Source of the DNA: Dehalococcoidia bacterium
GTDB taxonomy: Bacteria; Chloroflexota; Dehalococcoidia; DSTF01; JACRBR01
Direction: 5' to 3'
NCBI GenBank assembly: GCA_041494685.1
Contig: JBGQBE010000027.1
Coordinates: forward strand, 1-41,282
Length of the DNA stretch: 41,282 bases
Shown: positions 1 to 9,527 of the stretch, one piece after another
How the letters are laid out: each line of letters opens with the position of its first letter
Numbering within the stretch: the stretch's first letter is position 1
Program-made: the position numbers and the translations under genes
Notes under the pieces: model-generated
Databases searched by the model: none
What the model was told of the DNA's origin: nothing
Seen by the model: the letters and a program-made list of their open reading frames with translations, nothing else

Positions 1-726
1 ACCAAGCAGACCACCAAGGTCAACCACACGAATCCGGGCGGTACGGTCTGGTACGAGATCATCGTCCACAACCCGAACCAGGGCGAGGGCGACACCCTCG
101 ACCTCAACTGCATCACCGACACGTTGCCGGAGAACTTCAGCTACCAGCAGGGCAGCACGAGCGGCAACCCTACTGACCCCGGGGAGCCCGGCAGCCAGGA
201 CTGCCCGCCCTTTGGCTGGTTCTACGACGGCGAGGCGATTGGTCCGGGCGACTCCATCACGCTGCAATTCGCTGCTGACGTGAGTACGGACGCGTCGCCG
301 GGGGTCTACTGCAACGAGGCCAGCGCGCTGTGGGACGAATCGTCGGCCAGCACGGGCCCGACGGCGCCCGTCCAGGTGACCGAGCTACAGGCGGAAGCAG
401 TCCAGCCGCTCACCTGCGAGCAGCCGGCGCCGACGTCGACGTCGACGCCGCCACCGCCGCCCGAAGTCGCCCGCTCCGCCACGCCGACCCGCACCGCCAC
501 GGCCCGCGCAACAGCTACGGTGCCCGCAGCGCCGCCGACGAAGACGCCCGCGCCGCAGAGCACGGTGCTGGCCGCGCAGGCGACGCCAAAGGCGCAGCAG
601 CCGGCAGCGCTGCCGAGTACTGGCTCGGGCGGTGGCAGCGGTCATGGCACGAGCACCTGGGTGCTGGCGGCGGCGCTGATCGTCGCTGGCGCCGGACTGA
701 CGCTGGCGGGACGCAAGCGCGCGTAG
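1..726 (+). CDS. Cell-surface protein, 5'-truncated by the window edge: DUF11-like Ig domain, Pro/Thr linker and LPXTG-type sorting signal
   Basis: Frame is open from base 1 (TKQTTKVNHTNPGGTVWYEIIVHN...ITDTLPENFSY, a DUF11-like pattern). The C-terminus has LPSTG, a hydrophobic helix and a basic RKRA tail. Confidence 0.75.
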   Translation, partial: TKQTTKVNHTNPGGTVWYEIIVHNPNQGEGDTLDLNCITDTLPENFSYQQGSTSGNPTDPGEPGSQDCPPFGWFYDGEAIGPGDSITLQFAADVSTDASPGVYCNEASALWDESSASTGPTAPVQVTELQAEAVQPLTCEQPAPTSTSTPPPPPEVARSATPTRTATARATATVPAAPPTKTPAPQSTVLAAQATPKAQQPAALPSTGSGGGSGHGTSTWVLAAALIVAGAGLTLAGRKRA

Positions 727-752
727 GCTTCTGGTGTCAATCAGATTGGACG

Positions 753-781
753 AAGAGCCCGGCAGGGACGCCGGGCTCTTT
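753..781 (+). terminator. Putative intrinsic terminator hairpin
   Basis: AAGAGCCCGGC-agggac-GCCGGGCTCTT(T), an 11-bp stem just after the stop codon at 726. Confidence 0.65.
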
Positions 782-890
782 GGCGTCCCTGCGTGGCGGC
801 GCCGCTGCTTGTCCGCGTGCCGATGCCGCCCCATACTGGGCCGCGACCGACCGGGCAGCGACCACAACTCACGAAAGCCCCCGATACCCC

Positions 891-1616
891 ATGCCGTTCC
901 TGCGGTTTCGCAAGCAAGAGCTACGTGAGCGCTTCTACCCGCCGCGCTTCCGCGGCATGTACGACCGCTTCTCGGACGTCATCCACGATTACGTCCGGCG
1001 CGGCGACGTGATGCTCGATGCGGGCTGCGGCAGCGGCCGCGTCTTCCAGTACCACTTCGACGAGCACCAGCGGCCGCGGCTGATCGTCGGCGTCGACGTC
1101 ACGAATGAGCCGAAGGGCAACCAGAACATCGATGCGGCCGCCCGCGCGAACCTGGCGGCACTGCCGTTCCGCGACGCCACCTTCGACATCGCGGTCTCCA
1201 GCCACGTCGCGGAGCACCTGACGCAGCCCGAGGCCGTGTTCCGCGAGCTGGCGCGCGTGCTGAAGCCGGGCGGCCGGCTGCTGATCCTGACGCCGAACCG
1301 CTGGCACTACGTCGCCATCAGCTCCGCGCTGCTGCCGCACTCGTTCCACCTGAAGTTCAACCAGTGGCGCGGCGTCGACGCGCACGACATCTTCCCGACC
1401 GTGTACCGCGCGAACACGGCGAAGCGCATGCGCTCGCTCTACGAGGGCGCCGGCATGGACGTCGAGCGGCTGTACCAGTTCGAGACGGAGCCGGAGTACC
1501 TGGCGTTCAGCACGCTCACCTACGCGCTCGGCGTCGGCTTCGAGCGCGTCGTCAACCGCTTCGGTGCGCTGAAGCACCTGCGGGTCAACCTGCTCGCCGT
1601 CGGCCGCAAGCGCTGA
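891..1616 (+). CDS. Class I SAM-dependent methyltransferase (Methyltransf_11-like)
   Basis: Motifs LDAGCGSG, LPFRDATFD, HVAEHL and ARVLKPGG. Start reassigned to the ATG at 891. Confidence 0.85.
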   Translation: MPFLRFRKQELRERFYPPRFRGMYDRFSDVIHDYVRRGDVMLDAGCGSGRVFQYHFDEHQRPRLIVGVDVTNEPKGNQNIDAAARANLAALPFRDATFDIAVSSHVAEHLTQPEAVFRELARVLKPGGRLLILTPNRWHYVAISSALLPHSFHLKFNQWRGVDAHDIFPTVYRANTAKRMRSLYEGAGMDVERLYQFETEPEYLAFSTLTYALGVGFERVVNRFGALKHLRVNLLAVGRKR

Positions 1617-1716
1617 CGCATCTCTCGCGTCGTGCAATTGCGGGGGCGTGTTGCCGACAGGAGCCTGTGCGCCATGTACTCAACACAGTCGCTGTCTGCT
1701 TGGCGCCAGCGCCGCC

Positions 1717-2187
1717 TCAGGCAACCAGGCCGTCGCCCTTGCGGAGGAACTCCTCGACGAACCATGCGTGCTTCTCGTGCGTCTGCACGCACGTGGCGAA
1801 CAGGTCGTTCGTGCCGGGATCGCGCTCCTCGTCGGCGACGCGCGCCGCCTCCCGCATCTCAGTGATGATCTTGCGCTCGTTGGCCAGCGCGTCACCGAGC
1901 ATGTCGGAGGGGGCCTGCGACCCGTCCGCGATCTTGACGGTGGCCCACGCCTCGATCTCGCGGGGCGCGGACAGCGGCTCGGCGCCGAGCATGCGGAGCC
2001 GCTCGCCGAACGGGTCGACCTCGGCCAGCGCGTCGGCTGCCATCTCGTCGAAGAACAGGTGCAGGTCGCGGAAGAGCGGGCCGTAGGTGTACCAGTGATA
2101 GCGTTTAGTGTTCAGGTACATCGCGAGCGCGTTCGCCTGTGCATGCTTGAGCGCGAGAACCACCCGGGTTTCAGTCGTCGTCACCAT
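1717..2187 (-). CDS. dps: Dps family ferritin-like DNA starvation/stationary-phase protection protein
   Basis: Ferroxidase pattern YHWxxxGPxFRDLHLFFDE...ER, with DPGTNDL and HEKHAWF at the C-terminus. Strong AAGGAGGT SD before the ATG at 2187. Confidence 0.9.
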   Translation of the reverse strand: MVTTTETRVVLALKHAQANALAMYLNTKRYHWYTYGPLFRDLHLFFDEMAADALAEVDPFGERLRMLGAEPLSAPREIEAWATVKIADGSQAPSDMLGDALANERKIITEMREAARVADEERDPGTNDLFATCVQTHEKHAWFVEEFLRKGDGLVA

Positions 2188-2528
2188 GGTGAACCACCTC
2201 CTTGTGGGATGGCGCTGCCTACAAGACCAGTCTAGACCTAGCGCCGGATTCGCGGACAGAGCCGGTTGGCGGGATTCTCCAGAGATCTTCATCGTCTGAC
2301 GAAACAACCGGGACACTATCGGCCGCCGAAACAGGCCGATAGTTGTCGTCTCGCGCGCCTACGGGTTGGTGGTGAAGTGTGGTCAGCCGCGTGGTGGGCC
2401 GGGCGACCGGGGTCCCGCGTCGTTGCACGGACAGAGGTTCACTCTGCTCTTTCTCAGGGCGCAGTATACGTACCGGATGGCGGCGGCTGGAGGGTCGCGG
2501 CCCGGCCCGTCTGCTACCATGCAGCACC

Positions 2529-3287
2529 ATGCTGACGAAGCGGATCATCCCGTGCTTCGACGTCTCAGAAGGGCGCGTCGTGAAAGGCGTGTCGTTCGTA
2601 GAACTGCGCGACGCCGGCGACCCGGTAGAGCTGGCGAAGCTGTACGACGCGCAGGGCGCGGACGAGCTAGTGTTTCTCGACATAACGGCAACCAGCGACG
2701 ACCGCACGATAACGTACGACATGGTCGGCCGCACCGCGGACGAGGTCTTCATCCCGTTCACGGTCGGCGGCGGCGTCCGCAGCGACATGGACGTCCGCGT
2801 GTTGCTGGAACTCGGCGCCGACAAGGTCTCGCTCAACAGCGCCGCGGTCGCGGATCCGAAGCTGGTAGGGGTGTGCAGCGAGCGCTTCGGCGCCCAGTGC
2901 ATCGTCGTCGCGATCGACGCGAAGTCCGCCGGCCCCGGGAGGTGGGAGGTCTACACGCACGGCGGCCGCCGCCCGACGGGCCTCGACGCGGTCGGGTGGG
3001 CGAAGCGCGTTGTCGAACTGGGCGCGGGCGAGATCCTGCTGACCAGCATGGACACCGACGGCCACAAGGACGGCTACGACCTGCCGCTCACGCGCGCGAT
3101 CAGCGACGCGGTCGAGGTGCCGGTGATCGCCAGCGGCGGCTGCGGCACGCCGCAGCACATGGTCGACGCGGTAGAGCAGGGGCATGCCAGCGCCGTGCTC
3201 GCGGCGAGCATCTTCCATTTCGGCGAGTTCTCGATCGGCGAGACCAAGCGCTACATGGCGGCGCATGGTCTGCCCGTCCGGCTGTAG
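2529..3287 (+). CDS. hisF: Imidazole glycerol phosphate synthase cyclase subunit
   Basis: [44 protein letters not shown]. Confidence 0.97.
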   Translation: MLTKRIIPCFDVSEGRVVKGVSFVELRDAGDPVELAKLYDAQGADELVFLDITATSDDRTITYDMVGRTADEVFIPFTVGGGVRSDMDVRVLLELGADKVSLNSAAVADPKLVGVCSERFGAQCIVVAIDAKSAGPGRWEVYTHGGRRPTGLDAVGWAKRVVELGAGEILLTSMDTDGHKDGYDLPLTRAISDAVEVPVIASGGCGTPQHMVDAVEQGHASAVLAASIFHFGEFSIGETKRYMAAHGLPVRL

Positions 3288-3362
3288 CCCGCCCGCGCGG
3301 CGCGCCGCCCGGGCGGGCGTCCGGATCCGGCAACATCATCGTAGCAGCAGAAGGATAGTGAC

Positions 3363-3686
3363 GTGACGCTCGAATACAACGCGCAGGGGCTGATCCCGGC
3401 GATCATCCAGGACGACGAGACCGATGCCGTGCTGATGCTCGGGTACATGAACCCTGACACGCTCAAGATGACCCAGGAGATCGGCCAGGCGGTGTTCTGG
3501 AGCCGCAGCCGCCAGGAGGTGTGGCACAAGGGCGCCACCAGCGGCGACTACCTTGAAGTGCGTTCGATCCGGCAGGACTGCGAGGGCCGCTCGCTGCTGG
3601 TGCGGGTGAAGATGCTGGGCGGGGCTGTCTGCCACACCGGCGCCAAGACCTGCTACTTCACGGACATCGAAGCCGCGGCGGGCTGA
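3363..3686 (+). CDS. hisI: Phosphoribosyl-AMP cyclohydrolase (stand-alone)
   Basis: GLIPAIIQD, MLGYMN, FWSRSRQEVWHKGATSG, CHTG..TCYF. Confidence 0.92.
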   Translation: MTLEYNAQGLIPAIIQDDETDAVLMLGYMNPDTLKMTQEIGQAVFWSRSRQEVWHKGATSGDYLEVRSIRQDCEGRSLLVRVKMLGGAVCHTGAKTCYFTDIEAAAG

Positions 3687-4579
3687 CCCGCCGCCGCGAC
3701 GCCGGTTTCGAGTTCGATGACGTAGCGCAGCGCGGCGATCGCGACTTCGATCTGCTCGTCGTCGGGATCGCGCGTCGTCAGCCCCTGCAGCCAGAGGTTG
3801 GGGCGGTAGAGCAGCGCGAAGACGCCACGCTCGCCGAACCGCTGGCCCAGCCGCAGGATCTCGTACGCCAGCGCCGCGACCACCGGGATCAGCACGATGC
3901 GCTCGACCAGGCGCAGCCAGATCGGCGGCGTGCCCAGCAGCACGAACAACACGAGCGAGATCACCATCACGGTGAGCAGGAACGCTGTGCCGCAGCGCGG
4001 GTGCGCGTTCGGATACTCGCGCACGGCGGCCGGCGTCAGCTCGCGGCCATGTTCATAGGCGTGGATCGCGCGGTGCTCCGCGCCGTGATACGCGAACACG
4101 CGCTGGATCTCCTTCATGCGGCCGATCAGCCAGATGTAGGCCACCAGCATCGCCAGCCGCAACACGCCCTCGGCGGCCACCTCGACGTAGCCGTTGCCCG
4201 TGACGCGGCTGATCCAGCTCGTCAGCAGCACCGGGCCGGCGAAAAAGATGGCCGCGACGAACACCAGCGTCAGCGCCAGCGAGAGGAAGAGCTGCGCTTT
4301 GCTGACCTCCTCGGCGTCGCGGCCCGTCGCCACCTGCGACGACCAGGTGAGCGCCCGGACCCCCAGCGCCAGCGTCTCGTAAAGCACGATGACGCCGCGC
4401 ACGATAGGGATGCGCCGCACGGCGCCGGTGTAGACGCCTCCGAGCGTCTCGCCCCGGCGGACGATGTTGCCGTCGGGCGCGCGGACGGCAACGGCCATGT
4501 GGCGCGGGCCGCGGATCATCACGCCCTCCATTACCGCCTGGCCGCCGTAGTACAGGTTCGGCTTCGCTGCGTCCGCCAC
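3653..4579 (-). CDS. DUF1385 family membrane protein
   Basis: YGGQAVMEGVMIRG, YHGAEH, HPRCGTAF, LTTRDPD..QIEVAI. Confidence 0.9.
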   Translation of the reverse strand: MADAAKPNLYYGGQAVMEGVMIRGPRHMAVAVRAPDGNIVRRGETLGGVYTGAVRRIPIVRGVIVLYETLALGVRALTWSSQVATGRDAEEVSKAQLFLSLALTLVFVAAIFFAGPVLLTSWISRVTGNGYVEVAAEGVLRLAMLVAYIWLIGRMKEIQRVFAYHGAEHRAIHAYEHGRELTPAAVREYPNAHPRCGTAFLLTVMVISLVLFVLLGTPPIWLRLVERIVLIPVVAALAYEILRLGQRFGERGVFALLYRPNLWLQGLTTRDPDDEQIEVAIAALRYVIELETGVAAAGQPAAASMSVK

Positions 4580-4583
4580 GAGG

Positions 4584-5366
4584 CTACAACTCCTGTCGTT
4601 CGAACATGACTACCGCGCCCGCGAACGCCAGCACGGCGATGATTGCCGACGCGATCGGAACCGTTGCGGTCGTCGCCGACATCTCGTCGACGGCTGCCGC
4701 CGTTGCCTCGAGCGGCAGATACGCGGGGAGGACGTGGTACGTCCAGCGCAATGCGCTGATGGACGGGACGAACGTCGGCATGAACCAGAGCGCCAGCGCG
4801 ATGATCGCGATCGGTGTGACGGAACGCAGCGGCACGCCAAGTGCGACCGTGAACGCGGACAGGAACGCCATCTCCAGGCACAGGATCGACGCGGCGATGT
4901 AGACGGTAGCGAACGGCACGCCGGTGAAGAGCGCGGCCGTCACGACGAACCAGACGATCGACGGCGCGATGACGAGCGCCAGGCAGGCGACGAGCGTGTG
5001 TGCCGTGGCTTTGGCGAGCAGGTAGGAGAGCCGCGAGACCGGCTTCGTAACGATCCACGCCGCGATACCCATCGTCCGTTCCCGCGTCACGGCATCGACC
5101 GTCGACGCGATCACCATCAGCGATCCCAGGTAGCCGACGAGCACGGCCCAGCTGCCGAGCATTGTGTGCATGTCGTGGTCCGTCACCGTGTGGCGGCCGT
5201 CGCTGCCGTAGTTGTCCAGGTTGTAGAATCCGAACGCAGGGACCAGCAGGCACACGCTCGTCATCACGACCGCGAAGATCACCAGCCGCTTCGAACGCAG
5301 CGCCTCTGCCAGCTCCTTGCCGAGCAACACGCCGAAGCCCGGAAGCAGTCCTCCGTTACTCGGCAT
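4584..5366 (-). CDS. ABC-2 type transporter permease
   Basis: KELAEALRSKR, about 6 hydrophobic segments, ERxxG..TKPVSR..YLLAK, C-terminal FERQEL. Overlaps the end of the ATPase gene. Confidence 0.85.
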   Translation of the reverse strand: MPSNGGLLPGFGVLLGKELAEALRSKRLVIFAVVMTSVCLLVPAFGFYNLDNYGSDGRHTVTDHDMHTMLGSWAVLVGYLGSLMVIASTVDAVTRERTMGIAAWIVTKPVSRLSYLLAKATAHTLVACLALVIAPSIVWFVVTAALFTGVPFATVYIAASILCLEMAFLSAFTVALGVPLRSVTPIAIIALALWFMPTFVPSISALRWTYHVLPAYLPLEATAAAVDEMSATTATVPIASAIIAVLAFAGAVVMFERQEL

Positions 5367-6303
5367 GGTCTTGCACCGACTCCATGAAGATGTCTTCCAG
5401 CCGCGACCGCGCCGGTTCACACCCAATCAAGACGTAGTCCGCGTCAACGACCGCGCGAGGGAGCGCGCGCCGCGCGCTGTCGTCGTCGCGGACGTCCACC
5501 ATCAGCGACAGCCGCCCATCGTGCGCTTCCGGCGCCGATACTGCGCGCACGCCGGGGGCGGCGGCCAGTACGCGCTCGATGCCGTCCGCCGGCGCCTCAA
5601 CCGTCACGCGGAAGCGGCCAAGCCCGCCCGAGGTGAGGTCGCGCATCGTCCCGGTGCGCACGACGCGCCCGGCCTTCATGATCGCCACGTGGTCGGCGAC
5701 GCGCTCCACGTCGTCGAGGATGTGCGTCGAATAGAAGACGGCGATGCCGCGGTCGCGCAACGCACGCAGGATCGTCAGGACGTCGCGGCGGCCGATCGGG
5801 TCGAGCGAGGACGACGGCTCGTCGAGCACTACTAGGCGCGGATCTCCCATCAGTGCCTGGGCGATGCCGAGACGCTGTCGCATGCCGGCGGAGTAGCCGC
5901 CGCAGGCGCGGTCGGCCGCGGCCTCCAGGTCCACGAGCGCCAGCACTTCGCGGGCGCGTTCGTCGACGGGGCGGGCCGCGCCCGGATAGAGCTTGCCGAC
6001 GAACTCCAGCACCTCGCGGCCAGTCATCCAGCGCGGGTACGATGGGTCCTGCGCCAGGTAGCCGACCTCCCGCCGCGACTCGGCGCGGTACTGCTCGACC
6101 GGTACGCCGCTGATCCAGCAGTGCCCGGCCGTCGGCAACGCCAGTCCGAGCAGGATCTTGATCGTCGTCGTCTTGCCCGAGCCGTTGGGGCCGAGGAACC
6201 CGAAGATCGAGCCCGCGGGCATGGACAGGTCCACGCCATCGAGTGCGCGCACGCGGCCGTACGACTTCGTCAGGCCCTCGCAGCGGATGGCGGATTCCGT
6301 CAC
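5356..6303 (-). CDS. ABC transporter ATP-binding protein
   Basis: Walker A GPNGSGKTT, signature YSAGM, Walker B VVLDEP, H-loop STH. Confidence 0.95.
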   Translation of the reverse strand: MTESAIRCEGLTKSYGRVRALDGVDLSMPAGSIFGFLGPNGSGKTTTIKILLGLALPTAGHCWISGVPVEQYRAESRREVGYLAQDPSYPRWMTGREVLEFVGKLYPGAARPVDERAREVLALVDLEAAADRACGGYSAGMRQRLGIAQALMGDPRLVVLDEPSSSLDPIGRRDVLTILRALRDRGIAVFYSTHILDDVERVADHVAIMKAGRVVRTGTMRDLTSGGLGRFRVTVEAPADGIERVLAAAPGVRAVSAPEAHDGRLSLMVDVRDDDSARRALPRAVVDADYVLIGCEPARSRLEDIFMESVQDHAE

Positions 6304-6347
6304 GCGCTCAGGATCGGGGGCGTGGCTGCGCGCGTCAAGCGGTGCGT

Positions 6348-7577
6348 TCAGAACGGACAGACCTTGTCAGGATCGAACTTCGGGTTGCCGTAGCCGAAGT
6401 CCCAGAACTTCGCGTACTCGTCGAGGTTCGCGTGCACGTCGTCGCGTGCGGCGGAGCAGCCAATGCTGACGCTGCCTTTAGCCGCGTACGCAGCCGAGAA
6501 CGATCCCGCGAGCTGGTGGTTCAGCGTTCCGTTCAGCGCGCTGCCCTGGTCCAGGTACCCCTGCGCCTTCGCGTGGTCGCCGCCCGCAAGCAACTCTGCC
6601 ACGCCGGAGCGGAAGAGCGCCCACGCCGTCAACTCGTCGCGCTCGTTGTTTTTCGTCCAGACGAGGAGCGACGCATCGCCAACGGCCGCCAGATACGCGG
6701 TCTCCGCGTCTGTGAACTTCCCAGCGTCGAAGAGTGCGTCCGCGTCCGTAATCGCGTGGTAGAGGTACACGGCCCTTGCCGGCGCGCTGGACACGAGCTT
6801 GAAGGCGCTCCCGTCCCACGCCCAGGTGTCGGTGCGGTCGCGCGGCGGCCCCGCGCCGGCGCTCTGGACCGAGCCGCCTGTCAGTACGATCTGCTTCCCC
6901 CGTCCGCCCTGCGCGTCCTGGACCGAGATCGACGTTGCGCTCTCGATGCTGATGCCGTCCGTTGGCGCGACCGTCTCGTACGTTGATGCTGTGCCGCGCA
7001 CGACGTGAACCGTCGTCGTGCACGTGCTCGCCCCGCATTCCGATGACGTCCACGCCAGGGCGCCGCCGCCGTCGCCGAGCAGATCGCCCGCGAACACCAC
7101 CGGCTTCAGCGGCCCCGGTGTGCCCGCCGGCGGCGGAACGTTCATGACAGGAGTCTCGTAGGCGACGCGGTAGCCGCTCGCGGTGCCCTTCAGAATCGCG
7201 ATCTCGTACTGGACGATGTGCGACGGGTCCTCGGCGCTGAACACGGTCACGATCTCGCTGCCCGGCTCCGCGTCCGTGTTCGCGGCGCGGCAGCCGTCCG
7301 CAGCGGTCACCAGCGGCATGCTCCAGGCGGAGTACAACTGCGCCAGGCAGTCCCGCGCCGCACCGGCGTCCGACGAGAGGTACTGCGCCGCGGTCAGGGC
7401 GTAGTCTTTCAGCGAAGCGGGCCGGTCAGGCACCGGGGCGCGCGTGGCGGCCGCTGTAGGTGCGACCGTAACGACGGCGGCGGGCGTGGGCGTCGCGGTC
7501 GTGCTCCCGCCGCCGCTGCACGCGAGGGCGCCGGCGGCGAGGACGCACATCCCTGCGACGATGCCTCGCTTCTTCAC
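6348..7577 (-). CDS. Putative lipoprotein of unknown function
   Basis: Basic N-terminus KKR, hydrophobic stretch, lipobox-like ALAC, Thr/Pro linker and a helical (TPR-like) C-terminal region. GTG start is inferred. Confidence 0.7.
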   Translation of the reverse strand: MKKRGIVAGMCVLAAGALACSGGGSTTATPTPAAVVTVAPTAAATRAPVPDRPASLKDYALTAAQYLSSDAGAARDCLAQLYSAWSMPLVTAADGCRAANTDAEPGSEIVTVFSAEDPSHIVQYEIAILKGTASGYRVAYETPVMNVPPPAGTPGPLKPVVFAGDLLGDGGGALAWTSSECGASTCTTTVHVVRGTASTYETVAPTDGISIESATSISVQDAQGGRGKQIVLTGGSVQSAGAGPPRDRTDTWAWDGSAFKLVSSAPARAVYLYHAITDADALFDAGKFTDAETAYLAAVGDASLLVWTKNNERDELTAWALFRSGVAELLAGGDHAKAQGYLDQGSALNGTLNHQLAGSFSAAYAAKGSVSIGCSAARDDVHANLDEYAKFWDFGYGNPKFDPDKVCPF

Positions 7578-7622
7578 GCCGTCAGCGTACATGCACGCGG
7601 CCATCCCCGCACGGCGGCGTGC

Positions 7623-9203
7623 CTAGGCGCGGCGATACACGATCTCGCCCGCAACAATGGTGACGTCTGCGCGCGCATCGAGGATCCGCATCGGGTCGCG
7701 CTCGGTGAGGATGTTGTGCGAGAGCAGCACCGCGTCCGCGTGGCAGCCGGCGGCGATGCGCCCAAGCGTGGCTTCCTCGCGCACGGCGACGGCGCAGCCG
7801 CGCGTGTACGCGCCCAGCGCGGCCTCGACGTTGACGCGCTGCTCCGGGTGCCAGCCACCGCGCGGCTCGCCCGCGGCGTTCCGCCGCGTGACGGCGGCGT
7901 GGACGCCGGCGATCGGGTCCATCGTCTCGACAGGCGTATCGGATCCGAACGCCAGGTTCACCTCCGCGGCCTGGAGCGCCGCGAAGGCGTACGCGCCACT
8001 GCCGCGCTCGCCCCAGGAGCGGCCCACCTTCGCCATGTCCTGCGTCGCGTGGATCGGCTGTACCGACGCCGTCACGCCGAACGCCGCGAAGCGCTCGACA
8101 TCGCCCGGTGCCAGCAGCTGCGCGTGCTCGATCCGTCGCGGCAGGTGTGGTGCGAGGCTACGTGCCCGCGCGATGATGTCGAGCACTTCGCGGTTGGCGC
8201 GGTCGCCGATCGCGTGGATCGCCGGCGCCAGGCCGTGCTCCAGGCACGCGCGCACCTGTCGCTCCAGTACCTCCGCCGGCTGCAGCGCGAGGCCCGTGGC
8301 GCCGCCGCCGGCGTACGGTTCCAGCATCCACGCGGTCAGCGAGCCCAGCGCGCCGTCCGCGAAGAACTTGACGCCGCCGATGCGCATCATCTCGCCGCCG
8401 TCGCCCGTCTGCACGTTGCGCTCGAACCATTCCTCCAGCCGCGAAGCCGAAAGGAACGCGCGGATGCGGAGCCGGAGGCCGCCGCCGTCGTGCAGCGCGT
8501 GCATGGCCTGTAGCTCGCCGCGGCCTACGTCCATCGCGTGTACGCCCGTCACGCCGAGGCTGTGGGCGTGCGCGATCGCATCCTCCATCGCCGCGATGCG
8601 CTCCGGCTGCGTCGGATTCGGCGCCGCGTCGGTGACCAGCCGCATCGCCACGTCACGCAGGATGCCCGACGGCTCTCCGTCATCGTCCCGGTCGATCGCA
8701 CCGCCGTACGGGGCGGCAGTCGCGGCGGTGATGACCGCCGCTCGGAGCGCGGCGCTGTTCACCCAGGAGCAGTGTCCCGACGTATGTACGAGCACTACCG
8801 GATGCTCCGGTGCGACCGCATCCAGGTCCTGACGACACGGGAAGCGCGCGCCCGGCCAGTCGTTCTGGTCCCAGCCGGCGCCGCGTATCCAGCCGCCCGG
8901 CGCTGTGACCGCGACGCGTTCGGCGACGCGGCGCACGGCTTCCGCGACGCCGGCGACGCCCTTCAACTGCACCGACCGCATCGCGGCACCGGTGCCAAGC
9001 AGATGCGCGTGCCCGTCGGTAATTCCAGGCACGAGCAGTCGCCCGTCCGCCTCCAGCGTCTCGACGCCCGCCGGCGGGTTCAGGTCGTGTGCTGCGCCCA
9101 CGAACGCGAAGCGGCCGTCCACGACGAACGCGGTGTCAGCGTTGGGCGCCGATGCGTCGCCGGTCCAGACGTGCGCGTTGCGGATCAGCAGGTCTGCGGG
9201 CAT
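7623..9203 (-). CDS. Amidohydrolase 3 (YtcJ-like) family protein
   Basis: PGITDGHAH, GWDQ, KFFADGALGS, HAIGD, IEHAQ, FGSDTP. Confidence 0.92.
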   Translation of the reverse strand: MPADLLIRNAHVWTGDASAPNADTAFVVDGRFAFVGAAHDLNPPAGVETLEADGRLLVPGITDGHAHLLGTGAAMRSVQLKGVAGVAEAVRRVAERVAVTAPGGWIRGAGWDQNDWPGARFPCRQDLDAVAPEHPVVLVHTSGHCSWVNSAALRAAVITAATAAPYGGAIDRDDDGEPSGILRDVAMRLVTDAAPNPTQPERIAAMEDAIAHAHSLGVTGVHAMDVGRGELQAMHALHDGGGLRLRIRAFLSASRLEEWFERNVQTGDGGEMMRIGGVKFFADGALGSLTAWMLEPYAGGGATGLALQPAEVLERQVRACLEHGLAPAIHAIGDRANREVLDIIARARSLAPHLPRRIEHAQLLAPGDVERFAAFGVTASVQPIHATQDMAKVGRSWGERGSGAYAFAALQAAEVNLAFGSDTPVETMDPIAGVHAAVTRRNAAGEPRGGWHPEQRVNVEAALGAYTRGCAVAVREEATLGRIAAGCHADAVLLSHNILTERDPMRILDARADVTIVAGEIVYRRA

Positions 9204-9239
9204 GCGACGTGATAGCACGCGCCGTGCGAGAGAGACAGA

Positions 9240-9263
9240 GACGCCCGCGCGATGGCGGGCGTC
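9240..9263 (-). terminator. Putative terminator of the rplU-rpmA-rpmE operon
   Basis: GACGCCCGC-N6-GCGGGCGTC stem, followed on the minus strand by a pyrimidine run (TCTGTCTCTC). Confidence 0.5.
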
Positions 9264-9288
9264 GAGGTGACCCGTGTCAGGACTCGAG

Positions 9289-9516
9289 CTAGCCGGGCCG
9301 CTTGGCCTTGACCGCGGCGGACTTCTCCAGCCGCTTCGTGAAGCGCTCGACGCGGCCTGCCGTGTCGACGATGCGCTGCTGCCCCGTGAAGAACGGGTGG
9401 CAGTTGCTGCAGATCTCGATATGCACGTCCGGCCGGGTAGACCGCGTCTGCCAGCGGTTGCCGCAGGCGCAGTGGACGGTGGCTTCGACGTAGTTAGGGT
9501 GGATCTTGGCCTTCAT
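9289..9516 (-). CDS. rpmE: 50S ribosomal protein L31 (Zn-binding C+ form)
   Basis: [31 protein letters not shown]. Confidence 0.97.
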   Translation of the reverse strand: MKAKIHPNYVEATVHCACGNRWQTRSTRPDVHIEICSNCHPFFTGQQRIVDTAGRVERFTKRLEKSAAVKAKRPG

Positions 9517-9527
9517 AGTGGAGGATC

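Noticed and set aside
330..890. Long N-terminal extension of the methyltransferase ORF, and similar extensions on rnhB, translin, UbiB and M20 in the ORF track
   Set aside because: The extensions overlap other genes or terminators and are low-complexity Arg/Ala/Gly-rich. Downstream starts fit family lengths and initiation signals.
2297..2350. CTGACGA...GAAA resembling a hammerhead ribozyme core
   Set aside because: The required stem II between CTGANGA and GAAA and the closing stems could not be formed.
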